DNA of 64,000 nt from Actinomycetota bacterium (GTDB lineage Bacteria > Actinomycetota > Acidimicrobiia > Acidimicrobiales > SZUA-35), in assembly GCA_039201605.1 (NCBI GenBank), contig JBCCRO010000005.1:128489-192488 (forward strand), in the 5' to 3' direction. Of the stretch, positions 1 through 8,616 are shown in pieces (the first letter of the stretch is position 1; each line of letters starts with the position of its first letter). Under the pieces are notes generated by a model. It made no database searches. It was not told where the DNA came from and saw only the letters and a program-made list of their open reading frames with translations. A program made the translations under genes and the position numbers.

Positions 1-362
1 CGTCCGTCGGCGAAGTCGGCCGCCGTCCAGGGGGCGTTGGCTCCCTCCACGGTGGCGGTCGGCGTCGAGACGCCCAGCCAGGGCGAGAGGTGGAGGGCGA
101 ACGCGCCCAGCATGATCGCAACCACGAGGGCGCTCCCGGCCGCCCGAGCCCACCGAAGCCTCGATGAGGGGATGAGAAGCAGGACGCCCGCAGCCAACTC
201 GCCGACTCCGGTGGCGAAGGTGAGGACCGGATCGACCCACTCGAGCCCGGACTGGTACTCGATGTACTTGAAGGACGGACCTCGCCCGGTGAACTTCGCC
301 GCCCCGAACACGAGGAAGGCCAGTCCGACGACGGTGGCGAGGATGCTCTGGATTCGTCCCAT
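1..362 (-). CDS. DoxX-family membrane protein, partial (N-terminal ~120 codons in window; C-terminus beyond left edge)
   Basis: Translated by hand from the ATG at 362 (minus): MGRIQSILATVVGLAFLVFGAAKFTGRGPSFKYIEYQSGLEWVDPVLTFATGVGELAAGVLLLIP... No stop before position 1. Hydrophobic DoxX-like pattern with high GC3. Absent from the ORF track because it is open-ended. Confidence 0.55.
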   Translation of the reverse strand, partial: MGRIQSILATVVGLAFLVFGAAKFTGRGPSFKYIEYQSGLEWVDPVLTFATGVGELAAGVLLLIPSSRLRWARAAGSALVVAIMLGAFALHLSPWLGVSTPTATVEGANAPWTAADFADG

Positions 363-370
363 CATCGTGC

Positions 371-826
371 TCAGGCGTCGGCTTTGACCGGGTCGGACGT
401 CGCCTGCGCCTCGGCGCCACCATCGTGCGGCATCACCCGGGCCAGGTCCGGCTCGTAATGGCCGATGAGGATCGAGGCCAACATGATCGTGACCGTGTTG
501 TAGGGGATGAGGTCGACGAAGAAGTCGACACCGTCGTAGGTGTAGTTCAGGTACATCGAGACGAACATGTTCGCCACGGCGAGGATGGCGCCGTAGATCC
601 GGGTGCGGGGGATGAGCACGAGGATGCCGACCGCCGCCGCGAACACGTTGCCGGCGATGTTGAGGGCGTCGGGCGGTGGCTCCGCCGTCACGTACTCGCC
701 CGAGCCCGAACCCGAGGCGGCGATGAACATGGCGATGGCCACGATCACGGCGATGACGGTGTAGGCGATCCGTTCGTTTCGGGTCTCCCGAGCGGAGACG
801 GGCGAGGGGGCGAGGAGGGAACTCAT
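371..826 (-). CDS. hypothetical integral membrane protein
   Basis: 151-aa ORF with about 4 hydrophobic segments (IAYTVIAVIVAIAMFIAA, VFAAAVGILVLIP, GAILAVANMFVSMYL, TVTIMLASILIG). High GC3. Lies 9 nt upstream of the DoxX-like gene on the same strand. Confidence 0.6.
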   Translation of the reverse strand: MSSLLAPSPVSARETRNERIAYTVIAVIVAIAMFIAASGSGSGEYVTAEPPPDALNIAGNVFAAAVGILVLIPRTRIYGAILAVANMFVSMYLNYTYDGVDFFVDLIPYNTVTIMLASILIGHYEPDLARVMPHDGGAEAQATSDPVKADA

Positions 827-879
827 GGTGCTGCCTTCCGTGGCGTGGGCCTTGACATGGAGGGCACACTACCAAATAC

Positions 880-911
880 TGAGGATATTCTCAATACTGA
901 GATTAACCTCA
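880..911. promoter_or_regulatory. tandem TGAG-N6-CTCA operator-like boxes in a divergent promoter region
   Basis: Sequence AATACTGAGGATATTCTCAATACTGAGATTAACCTCAAT. Box 1 is 880-893 and box 2 is 898-911, each preceded by AATAC. They sit in the AT-rich 117-bp gap between the minus-strand membrane gene and the plus-strand CHRD gene. Confidence 0.45.
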
Positions 912-943
912 ATTTTTCCACGGGTACCTGAAAGGTGCACAGC

Positions 944-1750
944 ATGACGTTCGTTCGATTCCTCCTCACGACGATCAGGGGCTTCTTCACCATCCTCGGC
1001 ATCGTCGCCGGCGTCGCCGCCATGGTGATCGCCTACTTCGTGATCACCGGCCCACCCGACGGTGGCGGCGGACACGGACACGCCATGCTCGACCCGAAGG
1101 ACGAGATCCCCATCGTGTTCGACATCGGGCTCGACCCGCTCGCCGGCGAGGAGATCGGCCTCGTGTACCAGTCGTGGCTGTCGCCCCAGCAGGAGGCCGA
1201 GGAAGAGGAGGACGTGCCGCCCGGTGCGCCCGAGGTGTTCCTGTCGAGCGAGCCGTCGACCCCCCGGGAGGAGCGCGATTCGCGCGGGCACGGCACGGTC
1301 GCCTTCAACCGCGAGCTCAGCCGGGCCTACGTGCACCTGGAGATCGCCAACGTCGATCCCGACGACATCAACCTCGTCCACATCCACTGCGGTCGTCCGG
1401 GCCAGCTCGGCCCGATCATGGTCGACTTCGGGGCCACCGGCGACGTGAGCGAGTACTTCGCCGACGGGGTGCTCTCCTACGAGGTGACCAACACCGACAT
1501 CGCCGCCGCCACCGAGGGCGAGGGCCTCGTCGGCGCCCTGACCGCCGGCTGCCCCATCATCAAGGCCATCCCCGGCGACCGGCATCGCACCGTTGCGGGC
1601 ATGGCCCACATCGCCGCCGAGGGCGAGCTCTACTTCAACGTCCACACCGTCCAGCAGACGTTCTTCGGCGACATCCGCGGCCAGCTCCAGCCGGTGCCGG
1701 ACGACCAGATCGCCGACGCCGTCGTCAACCTCCCGGCCGCCGACCGGTGA
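944..1750 (+). CDS. CHRD domain-containing membrane-anchored protein
   Basis: N-terminal TM segment (FFTILGIVAGVAAMVIAYFVI). CHRD-like motifs (GHGTVAFN, VHIHCGRPGQLGPIMV, LYFNVHTVQQTFFGDIRGQL). ATG at 944 preceded by GAAAGG; the track start at 935 is a GTG 3 codons upstream. Confidence 0.8.
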   Translation: MTFVRFLLTTIRGFFTILGIVAGVAAMVIAYFVITGPPDGGGGHGHAMLDPKDEIPIVFDIGLDPLAGEEIGLVYQSWLSPQQEAEEEEDVPPGAPEVFLSSEPSTPREERDSRGHGTVAFNRELSRAYVHLEIANVDPDDINLVHIHCGRPGQLGPIMVDFGATGDVSEYFADGVLSYEVTNTDIAAATEGEGLVGALTAGCPIIKAIPGDRHRTVAGMAHIAAEGELYFNVHTVQQTFFGDIRGQLQPVPDDQIADAVVNLPAADR

Positions 1751-1805
1751 CCCGGACCGGCCCGACGTCGCGCACGACCCACCTCGCGAAGGAGACCGAC
1801 CACCC

Positions 1806-2357
1806 ATGACCAGCCCACCGCTCCTGCAGCTGAGCCATACGACCATGACGGTGAAGGACCTCGACGCCATGCTGGAGTTCTACGGCGATGTCCTCGGCTT
1901 CCGCGTCACCAACCGCGGCACGGTCGGCGAGGACGCCGACATGGCCTTCATCTCCCAGGACCCGTCCGAACACCACCAGATCGTGTTCGTCACCGGTCTC
2001 GACGCCGGCGAACACCACTTCGTGATGTCCGACCATCTGGCGTTCAGGACCGGATCCCTCGACGGGCTTCGGACCATCGCCGCCAAGCTGGACGAGGCCG
2101 GCGTCGAGGGGGTCATCCCGATCAACCACGGCAACGCCTGGGCCCTCTACTTCAACGATCCCGAGGGCAACGGCCTCGAGTGCTTCGTCGACTCGCCGTT
2201 CCACGTGGCCCAGCCGTTCGCCGGTCCGCTGGATCTCTCCACCAGCGACGACGAGGTGACCGCCGCCACCGAGGCCGAGATCAGCGAACTCCCCGAGTTC
2301 GCCCCGATGAGCGAGTGGCGGGCCGCCTTCGAGGCCCGTCTCGCCGAGGACGGCTGA
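1806..2357 (+). CDS. VOC (glyoxalase / extradiol dioxygenase) family protein
   Basis: LSHTTMTVKDLDAMLEFYGDVLGFRV ... DHLAFRTGSLDGL ... GNAWALYFNDPEGNGLECF is a typical VOC beta-alpha-beta fold signature. Internal ATG at 1806 chosen; the upstream part of the track ORF overlaps the CHRD gene. Confidence 0.8.
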   Translation: MTSPPLLQLSHTTMTVKDLDAMLEFYGDVLGFRVTNRGTVGEDADMAFISQDPSEHHQIVFVTGLDAGEHHFVMSDHLAFRTGSLDGLRTIAAKLDEAGVEGVIPINHGNAWALYFNDPEGNGLECFVDSPFHVAQPFAGPLDLSTSDDEVTAATEAEISELPEFAPMSEWRAAFEARLAEDG

Positions 2358-2360
2358 GCG

Positions 2361-3281
2361 ATGGACATCGGCATCAACGGCACCAACACCCTGCTCAGCG
2401 CCGACCTCGACGCCATCCGAGCCGACCTGACCGCGGCGGAGGACGACGGGTTCAGCGGCTACTGGCTGGCGCAGTCGGGCAGCGTCGACGCCCTGACGGT
2501 CTACGCCGCCCACGGGACGGGCAACGCCGCAACCACACTGGGGACCGCCGTCATCCCGACGTGGACCGTCCACCCCCATGCGGTGGCGGTGCAGGCCCTG
2601 ACCACGCAGGCGGCGGTGGGAGGACGGCTCATCCTCGGCCTCGGCCTCTCGCACGAACCGGCCGTCAGCGCCCGGTGGAAGATCCGCTGGGAGCGACCCG
2701 TCCGCCAGATGCTCGATCTCCTCGACGTCCTCCAACCGCTACTGGCGGACGGTGCGGCCGAGCACGACGGGCACTTCTGGAGCTACAGCGGCGAGATCCA
2801 ATCGGTCGGCCCTCCGCCGAAGGTCATGCTCGCCGCCCTCGGCGGGCAGATGCTCGGCGTCGCCGGCCGCCGGACCGAGGGCACCATCCTGTGGTGTGTC
2901 GGCCCGAAGACGCTGGAGGGCCACATCGCCCCGGTCATCAACGCCGCCTCCGCCGATGCCGGTCGACCGCCGCCGGCCATCGTGTGCTCGCTTCCGGTCT
3001 GGGTCACCGACGATCCTCCGGCCGCCCGGGGCTTTCTCGACCTGGTGCTCGCCGGCTACGCCGAGCTCCCGAGCTACGCCGCCATGCTCGAGCGCGAGGG
3101 CGTGTCGGGCATGGGCGAACTCGCCATCGTCGGTTCCGAGGCCGAGGTCACCGATCGCATCGGAGCCCTGGCGGAGGCCGGGGCCACCCAACTGTCGGCG
3201 GCGCCCGTCGGCGGGTCACCGGAGGAGACCGAGCGCACGAGGTCGCTGCTGGTTGCGGCCCAATCCCGGGCGAGCGGCTGA
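2361..3281 (+). CDS. LLM-class (luciferase-like) F420-dependent oxidoreductase
   Basis: 306 aa with luciferase-like monooxygenase pattern (GFSGYWLAQ, RLILGLGLSH, GTILWCVGPKT, elements resembling ELAIVGSEAEVTDRI). Lies 4 nt after the VOC gene. Confidence 0.8.
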   Translation: MDIGINGTNTLLSADLDAIRADLTAAEDDGFSGYWLAQSGSVDALTVYAAHGTGNAATTLGTAVIPTWTVHPHAVAVQALTTQAAVGGRLILGLGLSHEPAVSARWKIRWERPVRQMLDLLDVLQPLLADGAAEHDGHFWSYSGEIQSVGPPPKVMLAALGGQMLGVAGRRTEGTILWCVGPKTLEGHIAPVINAASADAGRPPPAIVCSLPVWVTDDPPAARGFLDLVLAGYAELPSYAAMLEREGVSGMGELAIVGSEAEVTDRIGALAEAGATQLSAAPVGGSPEETERTRSLLVAAQSRASG

Positions 3282-3377
3282 CATGGGATTCGCCGTCGAC
3301 CGACCGACGACGCCGGAGAGCGACCGGCCCTCGGGGGTGGGAGTCATCCTCGGGCCGGGGCGTGGAGCACTGGTACG

Positions 3378-4055
3378 ATGCCGCCGATGACCGCTCCCGA
3401 AGCAGCGCGGCCTCGAACCCGCGGGTTCAAGAAGAAGGAACGGACCCGCCGCCAGCTCATCAGTGCCGCGGTCGAGGAGATCGCCACCAGCGGCGAGGCC
3501 TTCACCATCCTCGACGTCACCAAGCGGGCCGAGGTCTCGAACGGCACGTTCTACAACTACTTCGACGACCGTGACGCCCTCGTCGAGGCCGTGATCGACG
3601 CGGTCCTGACGTCGTTCACCAACACCAGCGCCGAGTTGATCACGTTCGACGACCCGGTCCGCCGGTTCGCCACGATCACCGCGCTCCTCCTGGAACACAG
3701 CTCCGCCAACCCGGAGCTTGCCGCCGTGCTCCTGCGCCTGCCCTCGCTCACCCAGATGACGACGCCGGCCAGCGATCCGTTCCGCCACCTCCGGAACGAC
3801 CTGGCGGCGGCGGCCAAGCAGGGTCGGATCAAGCGCCGGCCCACCGATGCCGTTGTCGACCTCGCCACCGGCACGCTCTTTCGGGCCGTGCTCCGCCTGA
3901 CGACGGTGGGCGCCACGCCGGCCTACCGCCGGGAGCTGATCGCGCTGCTCCTCGAGAGCTTCGGCCTCGACGAAGGCGAGGCCCGGAGCATCGCAGCCGA
4001 GGCGGTGGCAGCGGCCCCGGAGATCGCCCACGAGCTGATCGACCCCGAGGGCTGA
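3378..4055 (+). CDS. TetR/AcrR family transcriptional regulator
   Basis: N-terminal HTH RTRRQLISAAVEEIATSGEAFTILDVTKRAEVSNGTFYNYFDDRDAL is a classic TetR_N signature. Confidence 0.85.
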   Translation: MPPMTAPEAARPRTRGFKKKERTRRQLISAAVEEIATSGEAFTILDVTKRAEVSNGTFYNYFDDRDALVEAVIDAVLTSFTNTSAELITFDDPVRRFATITALLLEHSSANPELAAVLLRLPSLTQMTTPASDPFRHLRNDLAAAAKQGRIKRRPTDAVVDLATGTLFRAVLRLTTVGATPAYRRELIALLLESFGLDEGEARSIAAEAVAAAPEIAHELIDPEG

Positions 4056-4074
4056 CGCCGCGGGCCTCGGCCGC

Positions 4075-5439
4075 TCAGTCGGCGGCGAGGAAGCGGGTGA
4101 GGTTCTCGACCGCCTCGATGGCCTCCGCCAGATCCGGCGTGCGCTCCCCGGTCGGGCTCAGCCTCGACGAGGCCAGCCAGCGGGCGACCTCGGGCTGGGT
4201 CATCCACCGGCCCATGTTGTGGAAGTGGGCCAGTGAGCCGGTCAGGAAGTCGGCCGGCGTATCCGGGTGGGGGATGACCGTCGCCAGCTCCTGCTTGGTG
4301 TCCCGATCCAGGCCGTCGAGGGTCTCGATGCGGGCGATCAGGGCGGCGCTGAACACCTGTTGACAGGCGCGGACCGTCTGGAGGGTGATCAGCCGATCGT
4401 CGAACACCGGGCGAACCGGCAGTCGTTCGAGGCCGTCGGCGGTGCAATCGACGTGGAGCGTTCCCGTGGTGGTGGCGATCGCGCCGTGGTCGAGGTCGAT
4501 CGTCGTCGATCCGATGCTCGACACGCGAGAGCCGCGCACGACGTGCTCGACCCGGCGGAGTTGGTGAAGCTCGGCCTCGGTGACGGTGGCGCAGCGGTAC
4601 ATCGTGGGCTCGATCGACCGGTCGACCCGGAGGAAGTGACCTTCGGACTCCAGCCGGGCGAACAGCGCCTCGGTGGTGGCGGCCTCGGCGATGAACCGCG
4701 CCTGATCGGCGATGCGGAAGCCGTCGCCGGGCTGGAGGATGGCACGGTTGAGCAGCCAGGAGTCGCGGGGAGCGATCCACCGGATCTCGGACGGGTCGAC
4801 CCGATTGGCCAGCAGCCACAGGATGCCGTCGAAGGCGGTCTTCCCGGCGCCGATGACCGTGTACCCGTCGGTGGGGCGCTCGGCCACCGGGAGGTGGTTG
4901 GGGGCGATCACCGTGGCCTCCGGGTCCACCGCGTAGCCGGGAGGACTGGTCGAGGGCACCTTGACCTTCATGAAGGTGGCGTCGACCACGGCCCGTCGGG
5001 CGGTGACCGGCAGGGTGACGCCGGCCGGGGCGACGGTGGCTTCGCCGTCCCGGTACACGGTGTTGGGGAGGTACTCGACCCGACCCGACGGCAGGAACCG
5101 ACGCTGCATCACCTGGTCGAAGTAGGCGCACACCTCTGCACCCGAGGCGAGTTCGGAGAGGCCCTGATTGAGACCGACCTCGTCCAAGCGACCCGAGCCC
5201 AGGGTGACCGAGCCGACCCCGTAGAAGAAGGAGGGCTGATGGAGGCGGACGAACGGGTAGGCGTCGTTCCAGTGGCCGCCCGGCTTGGCGTGCTTGTCGA
5301 TGACGGCGACGGTGGCGTCGCTATGGGTGAGTATCTCGTCGACGAACGCCATGCCCATGGCACCGGCGCCGATCACGATGTAGTCGGCTTCTATCACGGC
5401 CACCATGTCAGCATCTCGGACCCGTCGGGTCGAGACCAT
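4075..5439 (-). CDS. FAD/NAD(P)-binding oxidoreductase (flavin monooxygenase-like)
   Basis: Rossmann motifs DYIVIGAGAMG and VIGAGKTAFD, plus KPGGHW. An alternative ATG at 5406 (MVAVIEADY...) puts the GxGxxG motif closer to the N-terminus. Confidence 0.8.
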   Translation of the reverse strand: MVSTRRVRDADMVAVIEADYIVIGAGAMGMAFVDEILTHSDATVAVIDKHAKPGGHWNDAYPFVRLHQPSFFYGVGSVTLGSGRLDEVGLNQGLSELASGAEVCAYFDQVMQRRFLPSGRVEYLPNTVYRDGEATVAPAGVTLPVTARRAVVDATFMKVKVPSTSPPGYAVDPEATVIAPNHLPVAERPTDGYTVIGAGKTAFDGILWLLANRVDPSEIRWIAPRDSWLLNRAILQPGDGFRIADQARFIAEAATTEALFARLESEGHFLRVDRSIEPTMYRCATVTEAELHQLRRVEHVVRGSRVSSIGSTTIDLDHGAIATTTGTLHVDCTADGLERLPVRPVFDDRLITLQTVRACQQVFSAALIARIETLDGLDRDTKQELATVIPHPDTPADFLTGSLAHFHNMGRWMTQPEVARWLASSRLSPTGERTPDLAEAIEAVENLTRFLAAD

Positions 5440-5520
5440 CGGCCAGGACGGTCCGGGCGGCGTGGTCGGGGCGGCGTGGTCGAGGCGGCGTCGAGGCGAC
5501 GCGGCTCGACCCGGCCGGCG

Positions 5521-6351
5521 TCAGTCTCCCGAGGGTGACCAGCGGCCGAAGTGTCGGGCGCACTGCGCCAGTACGCCGCCTCCCGTCGGGGGTGTCAGCG
5601 GCGATCGCGCCGTCGCCCACACATCGGTCGCCTCGATCGGTCGGCCGTGACCGGGTAGGAGGTGGCGGACCTCGAGGCTTCGTAGCCGCTCCTCGGTGCT
5701 CGCCGAGTCGCCGGCGTCGACGTACTCCGGGTTGAACCAGGCGTGTCCGTCGAGGGTCACGACGGCGTCGCCGCTGACGAGGGTCTCGCTCTCGGCGTGG
5801 TAGAAGCACGTCGAGTCATCGGTGTGCCCGGGCGCCTGGATGGCCGTCCAGCCGGGGGCTCCGGGCAAGCCGTCGCCGTCGTCGACGAAGCCGGTCGGCT
5901 CGAAGTCGAGCGTGAGGTCGGGTGGCCCGCCGAAGCCCACCGACTTCCCGTATCGGGCGAACTCGGCGAGGGCGCGCACCGATAACGGCTGCTCGCCCCA
6001 CACCGGCAGGAACCGCATCGTGGCCTCGAGGAGCGGGAAGGTCCGTGGTCGCTCCCCCGCCAGGTACGACGCGCAGCGGTGGGGAAGGTGGACGTCGCAC
6101 CCCACCCGCTCAACGACGGTGCTGACCCCGGCCACGTGGTCGGGATGGGCGTGGGTGCAGGCGATGGTGGCGACATCGCCGACCGGCCGCTCCAGCCGTC
6201 GCTCGATCAGCTCCATGGCCCGGCGGGCGACGAGGGGCAGACCGGGGTCGATCACGGCCAGCGAGTCGCCACCGTCGATCACGTAGCAGTTGAAGATCCA
6301 CTCGCTCGCCACCGAGATCGGTAGATCGAACACGTTCGCTGCTGCCGGCAT
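5521..6351 (-). CDS. MBL-fold metallo-hydrolase
   Basis: THAHPDHVAG (HxHxDH) motif and a downstream PGHT motif. Start trimmed to the ATG at 6351 (MPAAANVFDL...); the upstream part of the track ORF is Arg/Pro-rich non-coding-like sequence. Confidence 0.8.
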   Translation of the reverse strand: MPAAANVFDLPISVASEWIFNCYVIDGGDSLAVIDPGLPLVARRAMELIERRLERPVGDVATIACTHAHPDHVAGVSTVVERVGCDVHLPHRCASYLAGERPRTFPLLEATMRFLPVWGEQPLSVRALAEFARYGKSVGFGGPPDLTLDFEPTGFVDDGDGLPGAPGWTAIQAPGHTDDSTCFYHAESETLVSGDAVVTLDGHAWFNPEYVDAGDSASTEERLRSLEVRHLLPGHGRPIEATDVWATARSPLTPPTGGGVLAQCARHFGRWSPSGD

Positions 6352-6576
6352 GCCCCCCCTGTTGCGCCGTCGGTGGGGTCCGTCGAGCGAACCCTTGCGC
6401 CTCCGACAGGTTGCGAGCATAGCCAGAGCCTCACCGACGGCTACAGCCATCGCCCGCAGTGGCCGCCCCGTCCGAGCCCGCCGAACCCGGAGCCCGTGGG
6501 GGCGCCGGGCCGCCGGGCCGCCGGGCATGGGTCGTTGTACCCGCATACGGGTTGTGGGCCCATCCGTCTCAGGAGC

Positions 6577-7458
6577 ATGACCAACACCACCACCCACACC
6601 AACACCTGCGCCGGGGCCGACACCGCCCGGCGTCGGTGGAACCACCCCCTGCTCGGCATCGCATTCCTCGGGATCGCCGCCCTCGGGGCCAGCGGTTGCT
6701 ACACCGCGGGCACCGCCGACCGGGTTCCCGGCGGCGCCGCCGCTCCGCAGGCGTCCGCCGACGCCCCGACGACGTCGATCGCGACCCGCGACCGCAAGGT
6801 CGCCGATCCGTCGGACGATCGGGACCTCGACGAGGGCGAGGCAGAAGCCGAGGCGGACGACGCCCCGCCCGCACCCCTCCGTGATCTCTCCGCGACCGGC
6901 GAGGGCGAGAACGTCTACGTCGACGGCGTCGGGACGATGCGCAACGCCGGGACCGACGAGCCGATCTGTCCCGATCCGCTTCGCGCCGATGGCCGCGATG
7001 CCAACGGCGACTACATCCTGATCGACGGTCGCTTCGGCCTACCGCTGTGCGGTCCCGACGGGGTGTTCCTCACCATCCCCGGTGATCACGAGGACACCGA
7101 CGTCGACGAGGGTGCGGTTCCCCTCACGCCGGAGCTGGAGTTCCTGCAGACCCAGTTGGAGCTGGGGTGGACCGACGGGGTCCACTGCCGGATCACCAGC
7201 GGCACCGCCGCCGACGTCTTTCAGGGGCCCTGCCTGTTCCACAGCGAGGGCGGCGGGTCCTTCGCCGTCCAGGCCGCCGACGGTGGCCCCCTGACCAGCG
7301 GCGTTCAACTCATCACCGTCTCGATCACCGCCGAAGGCGAGGCCGAGGTACGTGGACTGACCACCGACGGCGCCAACTCCCGATGGGGGGCCGCCGTCCG
7401 CTCCGAGACCGAGCCCGCATGCTGGGTCGGCACCGACTTCGAGGTCTGCGCCTTCTGA
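6577..7458 (+). CDS. putative secreted lipoprotein
   Basis: ATG at 6577 preceded by AGGAG. Signal peptide with lipobox (LGIAFLGIAALGASGC). Asp/Glu-rich linker and a Cys-containing C-terminal domain. Confidence 0.65.
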   Translation: MTNTTTHTNTCAGADTARRRWNHPLLGIAFLGIAALGASGCYTAGTADRVPGGAAAPQASADAPTTSIATRDRKVADPSDDRDLDEGEAEAEADDAPPAPLRDLSATGEGENVYVDGVGTMRNAGTDEPICPDPLRADGRDANGDYILIDGRFGLPLCGPDGVFLTIPGDHEDTDVDEGAVPLTPELEFLQTQLELGWTDGVHCRITSGTAADVFQGPCLFHSEGGGSFAVQAADGGPLTSGVQLITVSITAEGEAEVRGLTTDGANSRWGAAVRSETEPACWVGTDFEVCAF

Positions 7459-7527
7459 GCATCACCGGCTTCGGGTGACCGAATGCCACCGGGCGTCGGC
7501 CGCGGGCCTGATGCCACCGGGATCGAC

Positions 7528-7564
7528 GAACCCCAGGTCTGCCCATGGCGCCGACCTGGGGTTC
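7528..7564 (+). terminator. 12-bp-stem hairpin downstream of the lipoprotein gene; member of a repeated palindromic element
   Basis: GAACCCCAGGTC-tgcccatggcgcc-GACCTGGGGTTC, a perfect 12-bp stem. A near-identical copy lies at 14041-14079. Confidence 0.55.
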
Positions 7565-7606
7565 TGCGCGGCGGGGAAAGCGATCACCTCGACAGCCGTG
7601 TAGTCA

Positions 7607-7627
7607 GGAATGAGAATCATTACTATC
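7607..7627 (+). promoter_or_regulatory. Fur/Zur-box-like palindrome overlapping the COG0523 promoter
   Basis: GGAATGAGAATCATTACTATC contains the inverted repeat AATGA-N3-TCATT. By my hand alignment it matches 13 of 19 positions of the classical Fur box GATAATGATAATCATTATC. TACTAT (a -10-like TANNNT) ends 6 nt before the ATG at 7633. Confidence 0.6.
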
Positions 7628-7632
7628 TAGCC

Positions 7633-8616
7633 ATGACTGACGAACGAGTTCCCGTGACCGTCCTGACCGGATTCCTCGGTGCAGGGAAGACCACGCTCTT
7701 GAACCACATCCTCACCGAGCAGCACGGCAAGCGGATCGCCGTGATCGAGAACGAGTTCGGCGAGGTGGGCATCGACGATGCCATCGTGCTCGACGCCGAA
7801 GAAGAGATCTTCGAGATGAACAACGGCTGCATCTGCTGCACGGTTCGCGGTGATCTCATCCGCATCCTCGGCAACCTGATGCGGCGCAAGGATCGTTTCG
7901 ACCAGATCCTGATCGAGACCACCGGTCTGGCCGATCCGGCGCCGGTCGCCCAGACCTTCTTCGTCGACGACGAGATGTCCGCCCAGCTCCGGCTCGACGC
8001 CATCGTCACCGTGGTCGATGCCAAGCACCTGCTCCCCCACCTCGACGAGGAGAAGCCCGAAGGGGTCGAGAACGAGGCGATCGAACAACTCGCCTTCGCC
8101 GACAGAATCGTCCTCAACAAGATCGACCTCGCCGAGGCCAAGGAGCTCGAGGAGGTGGAAACCAGGATCCGGGAGGTCAATGCGCTGGCGCCGATCGTCC
8201 GGACCCAGCACGGCAAGGTAGACCTCGACGCCATCCTCGAAGTCGGTGCGTTCTCGCTCGACCGTGTCCTCGCCGACGACCCCGAGTTCCTCGACCCCGA
8301 CGCCGAACACCAGCACGATCTCACCGTCACCTCGGTCGGCTTCGAGATCGAGGGCGACCTCGACCTCGATCGGCTCAGCGGATGGCTGGGTGAGCTCCTG
8401 CGCACCAAGGGGACGGACATCTTCCGTTCAAAGGGCATCCTCACCATCGCCGGCTGGGATGACCGGTACGTGTTCCAAGGCGTACACATGCTGTTCGACG
8501 GCCAGGCTCAGGGCACCTGGCAAGAGGGGGAGGCGCGGCGGAACCGCCTCGTGTTCATCGGTCGCAATCTCGACCGTGACGCCCTCGAAGCCGGCTTTCG
8601 GTCGTGCCTGGCGTGA
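7633..8616 (+). CDS. COG0523-family (CobW/YjiA/ZigA-like) metallochaperone GTPase
   Basis: P-loop GFLGAGKTTLLN, metal-binding CICCTVRGDL (CxCC), ETTGLADP, LNKIDL, and a CobW C-terminal domain. Start trimmed to the ATG at 7633. Confidence 0.9.
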   Translation: MTDERVPVTVLTGFLGAGKTTLLNHILTEQHGKRIAVIENEFGEVGIDDAIVLDAEEEIFEMNNGCICCTVRGDLIRILGNLMRRKDRFDQILIETTGLADPAPVAQTFFVDDEMSAQLRLDAIVTVVDAKHLLPHLDEEKPEGVENEAIEQLAFADRIVLNKIDLAEAKELEEVETRIREVNALAPIVRTQHGKVDLDAILEVGAFSLDRVLADDPEFLDPDAEHQHDLTVTSVGFEIEGDLDLDRLSGWLGELLRTKGTDIFRSKGILTIAGWDDRYVFQGVHMLFDGQAQGTWQEGEARRNRLVFIGRNLDRDALEAGFRSCLA

